A stretch of 64,000 nt of DNA from Octopus vulgaris (taxonomy: Eukaryota). Made by a program: the position numbers and the translations under genes. Of the stretch, positions 13,145-26,109 are shown piece by piece. The stretch is from positions 14,570,001 through 14,634,000 of the forward strand of contig OX597820.1 of the NCBI GenBank assembly GCA_951406725.2, given 5' to 3'. The notes beneath the pieces are model-generated. The model made no database searches and was not told the origin of the DNA. It saw only the letters and a list, made by a program, of their open reading frames with translations. Each line of letters begins with the position of its first letter. The stretch's first letter is position 1.

Positions 13145-13465
13145 GTTTATTTACATTGGACGGATATGTGTCCTCATTTTGTTTGTTGTTAATCACATTT
13201 CGACTGATGTACTCCCCATCCTTCATCAGGTGTTCTGGTGGAATTTCAAACCCAACCCTTTTGACTAATGTTTTACACTGTTCTCATTCCTAAGGTATGT
13301 TGGCTGATGTTATTGTTCTGTTGTTAGGGATGAGAACAGTGTGCCCCATTAGTCAAATTAAGGGTTGGGTCCACCAGAACACCTGATGAAGGCTGGAGAG
13401 TAAATCAGCCGAAACATGACAACAACAAACCAGATGAGGACATAGTACATCCATTGTAAATAATG
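13145..13465. mobile_element. Foldback (palindromic) element with a hammerhead-like core in each arm, probably Penelope-derived
   Basis: Arms about 13145-13260 and 13360-13465 are reverse complements; CTGATGAaggctg..cagccGAAAC at 13383-13415. Confidence 0.6.
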
Positions 13466-14807
13466 TACATAATTCCTCATCCCCAAAATATAGAATAGTA
13501 TTACTCCGCTTGTGTAGTGTTCCAGAATTGAAACCCGTGTTTCTGAAAGAAATATTGTTGCTGTATTTGATGGCATATAGTATTTGATGGCTTTACAAAA
13601 CTTCAAAAACTACCTTGGGTTCTGTATGCCAACATCCTCAACCCCAAGGCTGTGGACCAGTATCAGATCATGATCTATTTGATATTGGGCCACACAGAAA
13701 GAATAAATTTATAAATTTCATTTCTATTTTATTGACTGTTACAGTCTGGAGCGGGGTCTTGCACTAGAACCTGCTCTCTCTCCTCCCCTAGTAAACCCTT
13801 GTCATCCCATAGCATGAAGCTGACTCTCCACCTGCCCCATGATTTGTCCTGTGAACTGGATGGCAACCTCATTAGGGCAGGTGGCATTGAAAAAACACCC
13901 AATCCATGCTGTGAAGTGATTGGCATTATGAAGGGCATCCAGTTCTAGAAACTATGCCAAAGCTGACATTGGCGCTCAACATGGCCCTGTGGCTAGCATG
14001 GAAAGCAGACAATAAATGATGATGATGATGATGGAGCTATAACTGCTGGGGAACAATAATTGTTGTGCTCTGAGCTCATCATAGTCATGTCTGCTATGGT
14101 TGAAAATTTATTTTTACTGCTATTCGCTTGGGAAAATAAGTTGATGAAAATACAGCTAGGGTCATGATGAATGTCCTCCTAAAATTGGAGTGACATGCGT
14201 GCTAATTTGTGGACATGCATAAATTACATTCATGTACACACACACACACACACACACATCCTGCCTTTTATATATACAGATATAAATGATGGGTTTCTCT
14301 CAGTTTCCATTTACCAAATCGACTCAGAAGGTATTTGTTTGCCCATGGCTATAAATAGAAGATACTTGCCCAAGGTGCCACTCAGTGGGACTGAACCGAA
14401 AACCTCATGGTTGCAAAGCGAGCTTCTTAACCGCAAAACCATGCCTGCGCCCACAATTCTTAATTTATAATGAAATAATTTGTTGTTTGGAACAGTAAAA
14501 TGGTTGTTCCCATCAGGATTGTTGTTTTTGTGGCTGACTATGAGAAATGGTGAAGCTTTATGAAACTGTTTTTCTCTTTTTCCCAACTTCCTCCCTCTGT
14601 ATATGTGTGTGGGTGTGTGTATATATGTATATGAATGCACACATTGTGTATACGGCTTAAATCGCATATACAATGTGATTTAAGTTTACTACACGATTTT
14701 AATTTTCATTAGAAATTGCTCTGCATTTGTTATGTTTTTTGTTGTTAGTTTTGTAGTATTGTTTGTGTGTGTGTGTGCACCAGGTCTCATATATATTTGT
14801 TTAACAG

Positions 14808-14910
14808 GAATGAGTATCGTGTTTGGCTAAATCTGTTTGCTTCAGTTTGCATGAGTAAAGAAAGACACGGCTCCCACCTTCAGCAGCTTCATGATTCAGT
14901 AATTGGTTAA
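14808..14910 (+). CDS. Candidate alternative terminal exon: x-NEYRVWLNLFASVCMSKERHGSHLQQLHDSVIG*
   Basis: Acceptor tttgtttaacAG. Phase 2 is open 33 codons; phases 0 and 1 stop within 1 and 7 codons. Confidence 0.4.
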
Positions 14911-15075
14911 CTCTAAGAAAGGTTGTTATCCAAGACCTTCAACTCTGTTGGAGAGACCATAGCCAAGCCAATTAAGTTGTCTTCTTCAGGAGTTCTTTTA
15001 AAATTTTCAGCTGCTCTTTCTGAGAAGAACCCTTCATTTCAACATTCTATTCAAGGTGCCTCTTATCTGCTTCAT

Positions 15076-15307
15076 TTAACCCTTTAGTGCTTAAACCAGC
15101 CATAATCAGGCCAAAATTGTCTTCCTGTTATATGCTCAAACCAGCCAGCTCTGACCTCTCCTACCTACCCTATAAAGTCATTCTAAAAATAAACAGAGAC
15201 ATCATCAAAATCTCAGAGTTACAAGATGCTGTACAATTAATTTAAAACAATGTAATAGTTAAACAGGCTTTACATCTGACAGAGTAATCTGAATGCTAAA
15301 GGGTTAA
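15076..15307 (+). mobile_element. Second TTAA MITE family (other partial copies near 7205-7664, 29370-29500, 41180-41600, 52510-52730)
   Basis: ttaaccctttagtgc...gaatgctaaagggttaa terminal inverted repeats. Confidence 0.75.
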
Positions 15308-17157
15308 TGTAACTTGATTTTCGCATTTGTTCAGTGTACACAGCTGGATTCGGAGATATTTTATCTTGCTCATTTTCCATGTTTGCATGTGTTAGGTCAG
15401 TCGTTTTCAACCAGAGTCCACACGACCTTTAGGGGCCCATAGAGGATTTTGTTAAAATTCATGCACAATAAATTTTGTGACACTTCTACAATACATGAGC
15501 TATTTAAATTTTTTTTTGTTTAATGCAATTTCTAATAATATTTAACTATAAAAACATAATAGTATTTTTTGAACAGTGTATTCAGGCATGCCCCGTACAT
15601 CTCTTGTGGGCCCATGGGTGCCACATAATAAGCACCCATACCTATTTCTTTACTGCCCACAAGGGGCTAAACACAGACAGGACAAACAAGGACAGACAAA
15701 CGGATTAAGTCGATTATATCGACCCCAGTGCATAACTGGTACTTATTTAATCGACTCCGAAAGGATGAAAGGCAAAGTCGACATCGGCGGAACTTGAACT
15801 CAGAACGTAGCGGCAGACGAAATACCGCAAAGCATTTCGCCCGGCATGCTAACGTTTCTGCCAGCTCACTGCCTTCCATACCAGTGCCCTGTAAATGCAC
15901 CCATTGCTGATGTAGTGTAAAAGCACTTGGTGCTCTCCGTGAAGTAGTTGGCATTAGGAAGGGCATCCAGCAGTAGAAATCAAGCCAAAACACAGAGTCT
16001 GGACAGTTCTTCAGCTGACCAGCTCTTGCCAAACTGCCCAACGCATGCATGGAAAACGGACGTTAAATGATGATGATTGAATAGCTGTGAGGGTCCTGTA
16101 GAGCAAAGCAGGAACCAAAGGGGTCCATAGCCAAGAACATGGTTGAGGAACATTAGGTTAGATGAGATTTATTGAAGGAAAGTTTGTGCAGCTGGGTACC
16201 CTTCCCTGTCACTAAATTTCCACTTGTTTCTAAACAAACTAATATTGCCCTGTGGCTGGATATTTTTTTCTCAAAAGATTGGAAACCAGTCACACTGCTT
16301 GTATGACAGTGGCGCTTGTTTACAACTATCTCTGTTATGTCGAGGCGAAGAGATACTTGCTCGTGCATCACATGTATGCATAGAAAGGGCTTCTTCTGGT
16401 TTTTGCCCAGAAGTTCAACTCACAAAGCTTTGTCAATCTGCAGCTACAGTAAGAGACACTTGCTCAGGGTGCCACAAAGTGGGGGCCAAATCTAAAACCA
16501 TGTAGACGAGAAGGAGATATGTTGTCAACCTCCTGATTGATTTCTGTGTGGATGCAATTTTTGATTCCAAAGCATTGTAATAATTGCAAGTTTGGTTTAT
16601 GTAACACCAGAAGTCTTATTAAAGAACATGTATTTTGTCACAATATGGCTTCTGCAATTTGAAAACTGAAATAGAAGCAGATATAAATATACTTCTGTCA
16701 GTTCCACCTCCAAGTCTGTTCCATTATATCTGTTTTTGTTTTTTGTTTTCCAAGTTTGGGTTTTGACATTTATAACTTGATATTCTGGGTACCTCTGTGT
16801 ACACGTGCATGTGTGTTTGTGAGTGTTTGTGATTATGTGTGTGTGTGTGTGTGCGGTTCACAATCTTAAGGCCATAAGTTCAATTCCTGGTGGCATGTTA
16901 AGCCCTTGACCGAGTTGCTCTATTTCATGTTTCTCTGATCCACTCAGCTGTACCTGTAATTCAAAGGGGCCAGCCTTGCCACATTCTGTGTCTTGTTGAA
17001 TCACCCTGAGAACTACATTAAGGGCACACGTGTCTGTGGTGTGCTCAGCCACTTGCACGTTAATTTCAAAAGCAAGCTGTTCCATTGGTCAAGTCAACTG
17101 GAACCCTCATCATTATTTACTGACAGAGTGCTTGTGTGTGTGTGTGTGTGTGAGAGA

Positions 17158-17215
<58 letters not shown>

Positions 17216-17412
17216 ATTTACCAAAGCTGAGAGTATAACTGTCTGAATAAGAAGAACCAATAGAATAACTAGTTGGTGTCTCTTGTCATCTTTCGTGTTA
17301 TCCCTTCGTCTGTTCTGTGTATTGCATGTGATAAACAGGACATATCCCCCTGGCATCTATGCATCATTATATGATAACCCATCCACCCTTTTTTTTTTGT
17401 TACATCATCCAG

Positions 17413-17557
17413 AATAATTTGGAACTTACGAAAGGAAAGTTTTATGTTACTCAAAACATATGAATCAAGATCTGTAGCTTCATGGCTGAACTTACGCCAC
17501 ATTTTACTGCTTGGGTTGGGGTGTGGTGGCAACAGAAAAATCATTAGGGCAGTGTGA
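17413..17557 (+). CDS. Candidate alternative terminal exon: x-IIWNLRKESFMLLKTYESRSVASWLNLRHILLLGLGCGGNRKIIRAV*
   Basis: Poly-T tract plus gttacatcatccAG. Phase 2 is open 47 codons; the other phases stop much sooner. Confidence 0.35.
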
Positions 17558-18826
17558 AGTGTTTTCATTGCTTGTCCACACTGCATTGGTGCCTTGGGAC
17601 ATAAACCAGTGACCCTGTCAAACTCTCAGGCCACCCAACACCTTAACAACTCAGCCATGTGGAAGTCTTTACTGTTTTTGCTACCATTATCAATGCAGAA
17701 ATTAAGGTGGCAAGCTGGCAGAATCGTTAGCTTGGTGGGCAAAATGCTTAGTGGTATTTCGTCAGTCTTTACGTTCTGAGTTCAAATTCCGCCAACGTCA
17801 GTTTTGCCTTTCATCCTTTCGGGTTGATAAATTAAGTACCAGTTGCATACTGGAGTTAATCTAATCGACTGCCCCTCAATCCCTAAAAATTTCGGGCCTT
17901 GTGCCTAGAATAGAAAAGAATTGTTAGCACACTGGGCAGCATTTTGGCTGTCTTTATGTTCCAAGTTCAAATTCCGCTGAGGTTGACTTTGCCTTTCACC
18001 CCTTTGGTGGCGGTGGTGGAGGGTTCGATAAAATAAGTGCCAGTTACATACTGGGGTTCGATGTAATTGACCCTCTTCTCTCCCCCTCCGAAATTCCTAA
18101 GCCTCATGCCAAAATCTGAAACCAATATTAATGTTTGCATAAAAGCTGTGAGCTGGCAGAATGGTTAGCATGCTGGGCAAAATGCTTTGAATGTAAAGAC
18201 ATGAAATGCCATTGGGTTCAAATCCCACCAAGGTCAACTTTGTCTTTCATGCTTTTTTTTTTTGGCGGGGGAGGGGATGATAAATATAAGTACCAGTTGC
18301 ATATTGGGGTCAATGTAATTGACTTGCTCCCCCTCCCCCAAATTTCAGGCCTTGTGCCTATAGTAGAAAGCATTATAAATACATAAAATTAAATTAAAAA
18401 TAAAAAGCTAGCTATTAATTAATTTTGTGGCAGATTTTCTTTTTTCTCCCTTTCGTTGTTTCCAACATGTCTGCAACAGTTAGTCTTGTATTGTATTTTG
18501 GAATATGAAGCACAGCTTTTCTTGCTCCTAGTTGAATACTAACACCTCTCGTTACTGGTGACTCAGATATCATTAATGACATCTACATTTCAACTACAAA
18601 TTGTTTCCCTGCTTCACAAAGTTGTTTCACACACAGCTACACACACACATACACTTGCATGCAACTGTTTATTTAACGAGAGAGTTTAATAAATCTGTCC
18701 AGGTGAGATCTGTGGTTGTTGGCTATAACGCTATGCAAAGTGCAGTTGTTTGCCTTGTCAGTAATTCCATGTCTTGAAAAAGACTGGTAACACCTCCATA
18801 TTTAAACTTCTCTTCTGTCAACACAG

Positions 18827-18923
18827 CAATAACATTTTAGATGATTGCTTGCTGGTAATGGATTGTACACCGATGTTTACAGCACCTGTTTTAAAAATCC
18901 GCTTTCCCTTTTATTTACACTAA
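18827..18923 (+). CDS. Candidate alternative terminal exon: x-NNILDDCLLVMDCTPMFTAPVLKIRFPFYLH*
   Basis: Acceptor cttctcttctgtcaacacAG. Phase 2 is open 31 codons; the others stop within 4. Confidence 0.35.
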
Positions 18924-19238
18924 GTTTAGTTTTTTAAAATTTTATCTTATTCATCCTGTACATTCATACATACATACATACATACACATATACACACACA
19001 CATGTATTATATATGTTCTCCTTTTATTAATTTAGTCATTCTGGTATTTAAATTTTTGTTTCTTAAACTATTTAGTTGCTCTTCATTTACATCTAAAATT
19101 GAATAGAAATAGAAATTTTACAATGTCTGTTTCTGCGCTTTTATTTATTTGTCATTATGCAAATAACAAACAGGATGAGGGTCTTTTGACAACAGTTTAG
19201 TCACACCCTTTTTCAATATATCATATTATGTTGTACAG

Positions 19239-19299
19239 CTCTTGTCGTAGTCTCATGATTCGTATGAGTCATAGGGTTACAACAAGCACACTGCATTAG
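19239..19299 (+). CDS. Candidate alternative terminal exon: x-SCRSLMIRMSHRVTTSTLH*
   Basis: Acceptor tatgttgtacAG. Phase 2 is the longest frame. Confidence 0.25.
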
Positions 19300-19667
19300 A
19301 CCCCTCTATTCGAGAAGCTTACTTTCCTTTCATTCTGATCTCGTCAAATACAAGACAGATAACAAACCTAGTATTCTTTTGTAGGGCACTGACCCAAATG
19401 TTTGTAACAAATGATCTGTAGACAGGAACTTTGCTGCAGGCTAGCTAGGGAGCTGGTCTGCCCCAAAGTGGTTAAGTAGGGTTCAATGAAGCAGGAGTTA
19501 ACTGGCAGCTATTGCCCTTGTGCATTTAACTGAATAAATCTTTCACTAATGCATCCTTGGTTTCCGTTAATATTTTGGGTATGTTAAATTGCACAGTGTC
19601 TTGCTCAAGGACACAGCTCACTGCCAGATATCAAATTCCCTAACCACTATACCCTGTGCCTTCTTTT

Positions 19668-19786
19668 AGCTTCCAGCATCTGTGTTTCCCAAGCGATCAC
19701 CCATCTAAGTAATAACTAGGATCAACATTGCTTAACTTCAGTGGTCAGATGAGAACCAGTGCATTCAACCTGATATGGCTGTAAAA
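19668..19786 (-). pseudogene. 5S rRNA pseudogene (about 119 nt)
   Basis: Reverse complement reads TTTACAGCCATATCAGGTTGAATGCACTGGTTCTCATCTGACCACTGAAGTTAAGCAATGTTGATCCTAGTTATTACTTAGATGGGTGATCGCTTGGGAAACACAGATGCTGGAAGCT, colinear with metazoan 5S including box A and box C regions. Many CpG>TpG/CpA changes and no T-run terminator. Confidence 0.9.
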
Positions 19787-20994
19787 GCAGTCCTTCCTTA
19801 TTAAGGTTATGAAGGTACATTGCTGAAATCCTGGGCCTCATGGTTAGATTTCAAAATTGACTGCTACATTTGTTGTCTTGTGTCTTTGAGGAAGTCCTCG
19901 TGATTCTGCTACCCTTGGTCTGTCTTATGATTTAGGGATCTGTGGTAGGAAGGACACGCAACTGTAACTAACAATTATTGTTCTAATGGGATGTAAACAT
20001 ATAAGCTTTCAAATCTTCATTCTCTGATTACGGTGAGGAACATGGATGGAGAACAGAAGGCAATGACCAAGATCTTTGGCATTATGTTGCGCTTGAGATG
20101 ACCCATCAAGCAGAGCAAAATCACAGTCGTGGCAGATACTGGTGGCATGTAAAAAGCACTCTTTACACTCTCGGACTGGGCAGCGTTAGGAAGGGCATCC
20201 AGCCGTAGAAAACCATGCCAAATAAAACTGGAGCCTGGTACAGCCCCCCAGCCCTGGTCAAACCATCCAACTCATGCCAGCATGGACAATGGACGTTAAA
20301 TGATGATGATGATGATGATGATGACTATTTGTCTACATTGATACTGCCGCAAACTAATTATCACCTTTGTTGCCTACCACACTGCTATTCATCAAAGCAA
20401 TTAGCGTGTTACGAAGGCAGGCCATGCTCACTTAACTCTTCAAATGATAACATCATTGTTTTTAAGGCTGACTTTCACGCTTTGCCAACTGTAACCGTTT
20501 TTCTATGATAGCACCATTGTTTCATCTCTTTTATTTTTGCAATGCTTTTTAAAAGAACTAATCTCTTCTGTAGTAGGCTATGAAATATCATCTCTCATTG
20601 CTCTGTGTGTGTGTGTGTGCGCTTGGCTTCTCTCTGTTTTCATTGGTCTGTGTCTACGTTAGTCAATCTGGTTTCTTCATAAACTCTTTTTTCAGGCTCT
20701 TCTTCGTCTGTTAATGTTACCGATATTGCTGCAACTGTTTTTCAGATCTTCTTCCCAATTTTGAAGTATTCAACAAGTGATGCTTCTTTTGTCAGAATAC
20801 TAAGAGCATAACGTGTAGACTGCTTTGTCGGCAGCTTACGGTTCAAGTTTTTCTCTTTGCACACACACACACACTTGCACACAGATACGCATAACCATTT
20901 CTCTTCTGTAGTGACTTTTGCACGTTAGTAATAGGAAGTGTTGGGAGGCGAGGGGGGGGGGGGCGACACAAGCATGGAGATGACATCTGTGAAA

Positions 20995-22050
20995 ATGGTG
21001 GCGGCGGTGGTGGTGGTGGTGGCAGTGGTGGTGGTGGAGGTGGCAGTGGCAGTGGTGGTGGAGATGGCAGTGGTGGTGGTGGTGGTGGTGGTGGCATGAT
21101 GGTGGTGGTGGCATGATGGTGGTGGTGGTGGTGGTGGTGGTGGTGGTGGTGGTGGTGGTGGTTGTGGTGGTGGTGGTGGTGGCGGCAGTAGTGGTGGTGG
21201 TGGTGGTGGTGGTGGTGGAGGTGGCAGTGGTGGTGGTGGTGGAGATGGCAGTGGTGGTGGTGGTGGTGGTGGTGGCATGGTGGTGGTGTTGGCGGCGGTG
21301 GTGGTGGTGGTGGTAGTAGTGGTGGTGGTGGTGGCGGCAGTAGTGGTGGTTGTGGTGGTGGTGGCAGCATCAGCTATAACAACAACAACAACAACAACAC
21401 CACCAACTGGTGGAGACTGCATAAAGCCTATTCTCTGAACAGGATTTTTGTGAATTCATGTAAGCAACTCAGTACTTTGTGTTAACGAAATGTGCAGCTG
21501 CTGTCAGATGATTCCATGCATTTTGGCTTAGGTTAACTTGTTCTTGGAGAACGAAACAACCAAACTGCATCGCACATCTTTTTTTTTTGTTGCTGTCTTC
21601 ACCCCCCCCCCACCACCACCACATGCACACACCCTTCTTGCAACATGTGATGACGGTGAGGTGTTTTTGGGAAGAGACTATGATGATGATGGTGATGATG
21701 ATGGTGATGATGGGTGTAACTCGGAGCTGGTGGTGGTGGGGTAACTGTAGAGGTAGTGATGGTGGCAATGGTAGTTGTGGTGGGGGTCATAGTAGTAGTG
21801 GTGATGGTGGTGGTGTAGCTGTGGAAATGGTGACAACTGGAATGATGGTGACGATTGTGGTGGTGGTGGTTGTGATGGTGGCGGGGTAACCATTGAGGCA
21901 ATGGTAGTTGTGGTGGTTGTGGTGGTGGTGGTCATAGTAGTAGTAGTGGTGATGGTGGTGGTGTAGCTGTGGAAATGGTTGCAACTAGGATGGTGGTGGC
22001 GATTGTGGTGGTGGTGGTGGTGGTGGTGGTTGTGATGGTGGTGGCAACGG
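20995..22050. repeat. (GGT)n-based trinucleotide arrays flanking a unique island at about 21410-21600
   Basis: Direct inspection. Confidence 0.95.
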
Positions 22051-22388
22051 CAGTAGTGTTAAAATAACAATATCTGTCTGTCACGTATTGGAAATAATGT
22101 AAAAAAACAAACAAAACACAAATACATAATAATGTAAAACCCCAAAAAAAAAGGCAGAACAAAAAAACCAAAAAAGTTTGTAAATAAAAAAATTAAAAAA
22201 TTAAAAATTATAAAATGTCAAATTTTCTGGCACATATAATCACTAAGATTAAAGTTTACGAAATTATTCAGCTTTGCTGATCCTTTTTATGGAAGAATAC
22301 AGTCTTTCCTTCTTCATCTTGTTCTTTTTGTTTTTTCTTTTATATGATATTTATATTTATTCTCTTGTCTTGTTGTTGACATGGATAG

Positions 22389-22452
22389 CATGGAAGTTTT
22401 TGGAATCATCCAGTCTTCATATTTTACAAATGTGAATGGGAGAGACAGGTGA
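22389..22452 (+). CDS. Candidate exon: phase 2 x-MEVFGIIQSSYFTNVNGRDR*, or 60-nt phase-0 cassette HGSFWNHPVFIFYKCEWERQ
   Basis: First AG after a long T-rich tract; CAG|GTGATG donor-like site at 22448/9. Frame ambiguous. Confidence 0.3.
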
Positions 22453-22877
22453 TGATGAAGATGATGATGAAGATGATGAGCTTTTGCATGTGTGTGCAGG
22501 TGTGTGTGTGTGTTTCCAAACATGTGTGTGCGTCTATTCAAGTGTGTCCCCCTATGAGTGTGTGCGTGTTCATCTGAGTGTGTGAGTGTGTGTGTTCATC
22601 TGGGTATGTGTGTGTGTGTTCATCTGGGTATGTGTGTGTGTGTTTTTGCTTGAGTGTGTGTTTGAGCAAGTGTGTGTGTGTGCATGTGTGAGGGGTGTTG
22701 TATGTATTCCCAAATGTGTGTGTGTGTGTCTCAGTGTGTACATGTGTGCGCATCTATTCAAGTGTGTGTCCCTCTGAGTGTGTGTGTGTGTGTGTTTGAG
22801 CAAGTGTGTGTGCATGTGTGAGGGATGTTGTATGTGTTCCGAAATGTGTGTGTGTCCATGTATTCGAGTGTGTCCAG

Positions 22878-22933
<56 letters not shown>

Positions 22934-24426
22934 GCATGTGTTTGAGTGTGGATGTGTGTTTCTCATAATTGTGCGTATCTATATCCAAGTGTGAGTGTGA
23001 GTGTGTGTGCCACTATGATTGTGTCCAAATGTTTCTGTATCTCCAAATGTGTCCCCCCCACTCCACCATCTGTCTGAGAGTGTGCACCCCTGAGTGTATG
23101 TATGCATGTGGTGTGTTTAATGTGTTAGTAGAGTAGTATGTGGTGCTGTACATTTTCACTCCACACATTTCTGAATAAGAAATTCACTTGTTAGATCATA
23201 ACATCAAAACCATATTGTTAATGCATCTTAAAACACAAGTTGATCAGACTCAACGATTCCATCATCTTTACACAAAACACAAATCACTTTATTTCTGTCT
23301 TCATCTTAAACAGATTCCTGTGAAATTGCTCTCGTCTTTTGCCATTGCTTTCATCTCTATTAACTTTGCTTCTTAACAGCAAGGTATTGGCATCAGTCCA
23401 ACTGCATGACACCTTAAGCAAGTTTCTTTTACTATAGTCGTGGACCAACTGAAGCCTTGTGTGGGGATTAGGTAGAGAGAAACTGAAAGAAGCCTCTGTG
23501 TGTGTGTGTACTTATTGCTATCTCTGTGTCTTGGCACCATGTGATAGTTGTAAATGATTGTCGCCATCATGCTAGAAGTGTCCTCTGTTTCCAGTCTTCC
23601 ATGAAAACATGTCTGGCCGTATAGAAATATGACCTTACTTATAAACAGGTGAGGTTGACAGTAGTAAGGCCATCCACCTGTCTGCCCCATGCAAGCATGG
23701 AAAATCATTGTCATCATCACCACCGTCATCATTTAACGTGTTTTCCATACTGGCTCATGCTGGATGGTTTGACAAGAGCTGGGAAGCTGGAGAGCCACAC
23801 CAAGCACAATTTGTCTGTTTTGGCATGGTTTCTACAACTGGATGCCCTTCCTAATGCCAACCACTTTACAGAGTGCATTTTATGTGGCACCAACACAGTT
23901 GCATTTTACATGGCACCTGTACAGGTGCTTTTTATGTGACACCAGCATACGGATAGTGAGTTCTAATATGAAATTATTAGTATTGCTATGCTTTAGCAAA
24001 GACAGGCTTCTTTTAGTTTCCCTCAACCAAATCTGGTCAGTCTGACACTTGTCCAGGTTGCCATGCAGTAGGACTGAACCTGGAACCATGTGGTTGGGAA
24101 ACAAGCTACTTACCACACAGCCACAAGGCATAAAGGCTTTAATATCACACTTAACATTTTGTCATTCATTCTTCGAAATTCTTTTCTTTCTTTCTTCTTT
24201 TTCTACTCTAGGCACAAATTTGGGGAGAGGGGCCAGTTGATTAGATCGACCTCAGTACACAACTGGTACTTAATTTATCAACCATGAAAGGATGAAAGGC
24301 AAAGTTGACCTCGGCGTAATTTGAACTCAGAATGTAAAGATAGATGAAATACTGCTAAGCATTTTGCCCAGTGTGCTAACATATTTGCCAGCTAAGTGGC
24401 TGAGCATTCCACAGACACGTGCACTC

Positions 24427-24609
24427 TTAACCCTTTCTTTACCAGCCCGGTTTAGAATTAAAATCTTCCACCAAACCTTTGTCACAATTCATGTTCCTAA
24501 CACTAGCTTAATTATAACTGAGTTATTTTACTAAATTCTTTGTTATATTTAAAATTAATTGAATGAAACACAGAGCATCTCAAAATAAATACAGTAACAA
24601 AAGGGTTAA
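24427..24609 (+). mobile_element. Internally deleted copy of the same TTAA MITE, nested in a SINE
   Basis: ttaaccctt...gtcacaattcatgttcctaacactagc...gtaacaaaagggttaa. Confidence 0.75.
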
Positions 24610-24963
24610 CATAGTTCTCAGGGAGATTCAACATGACACAGAATGTGACAATGCTGGCCCTTTGAATTTACAGGTACAAGCCATTTCTGCCAGTTGAGTG
24701 GACTGGAGCAATGTGAAATAAAGTGTCTTGCTCAAGAGCCCATTGCACTGCCAAATACCCTGATTACTAATGACCGTACCTTCCCCAGGTGAAGGGGTAT
24801 GTATGAATAAACCCTAACCCCCCTCCCCCATTGTTCCTTGTATGGTACCATGTAACCAACTCCCTAATCAACTGGTCTATCACAATGAATCAGTCCTAAT
24901 ACATTTGAAATTTGCTTTTAGTTTTTGAATGAAACGGCTTTTTTTTTTTTTTTACCTTTTAAG

Positions 24964-25120
24964 GATGTGTGTGGTAGGGGAGAGGATGTTTGAATCAAAT
25001 AACTTTCTGTTAGTGTCACACCTTATATTCCATTCAGTAAACAACATTATATCACTTGAAAAAAAAAAAAAAAAAAATACTATTCCCAGTCCTAAAAACT
25101 GGCCTCATTGTTGTTCTTAG
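24964..25120 (+). CDS. Candidate alternative terminal exon: x-MCVVGERMFESNNFLLVSHLIFHSVNNIISLEKKKKK...
   Basis: Acceptor (T)n-accttttaAG. Phase 2 is longest (ORF 24929..25120) and contains an A-run. Confidence 0.25.
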
Positions 25121-25397
25121 GATTGAAGAAATGGTAATTTGATATGCATTTACAAAGTCTTGGCACCTTGTGGGAACGACTGCCATTCATTTATTCAATT
25201 TGTGTTTCTCTCTTTTTTCTTTCTCTCCCATTTTTTTTTTTTTTTTTTTTTTTACACATGCATTTTTCTATGATTTTGCTAATTTTTTGGGGTTTTTTTT
25301 TTCTGCTTTTATTTTCATTTCTATTTTATTCTATTCCATTTATTTTCATAAAATCAAACTAGTCTTGTTTGAACTGGTGTTTCATAAAATAAATTAG

Positions 25398-25479
25398 CCA
25401 CCACCTGAAAAAGAAGCATTTGTGCTTTGACCAAATTCATTGCTTTGGATACAGAGCGTGGGTGGACCAAAAAATTTAG
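25398..25479 (+). CDS. Candidate alternative terminal exon: x-HHLKKKHLCFDQIHCFGYRAWVDQKI*
   Basis: Acceptor aaattAG with weak pyrimidine tract. Phase 2 is longest. Confidence 0.25.
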
Positions 25480-26109
25480 ATTTTCGCTATTTTTCTTCCT
25501 CTCCTTCTCTCCTTTCTTTCCTCTCTTCCCTTCTTTCCTTTTCATTGACTGACTGGTTAAAGCTGTTTCATTGTACCTTTGAACAAGGTACTTTAATTCT
25601 ATTCATTATAGCCTGCTTCTCATTGGCAAGACTAGCTACTACAATATTTGTTAGGGAAAAGTAAGCCTACAATAATAAACAAACAAACACCACCACCACC
25701 AACAATAACAACAACCACAAAATTTGTAGTAGAATGGGAAGATACTAGGCGTAAGCACTGACTTGATGAACTTTCATTGGTTCATGACTAACTGGCATTC
25801 TTCAGGTGTTGCTCTTGAAAGCCCCCTAATTCCAGATCCTGGCATTAGATATTGTTGGTATGCCCTCAGACTGCTCAGCCAGTATTTCAATACTTAGATG
25901 TTTCTGGTTGCTTGAGTGAGTGGTACTTTTTGTTAGAAATGGAAGGGGTTAATTTTTTTACATCCAAAAAAGCAGTGATTATCAACCAGAGTCCATGTGA
26001 CTCCCGGGGGTCTATATAAGACTTTCTGGGGTGTCCACACAAGCAAAATAGTAAATTGGGGATCTGCAGTAATATTTTAAGGGTTCATGAAAAAAATTTT
26101 GTTTTGGAT

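Noticed and set aside
20509-20530. TAGCACCATT match to the miR-29 5' end
   Set aside because: Match is limited to 10 nt, the 3' half differs and I see no pairing arm.
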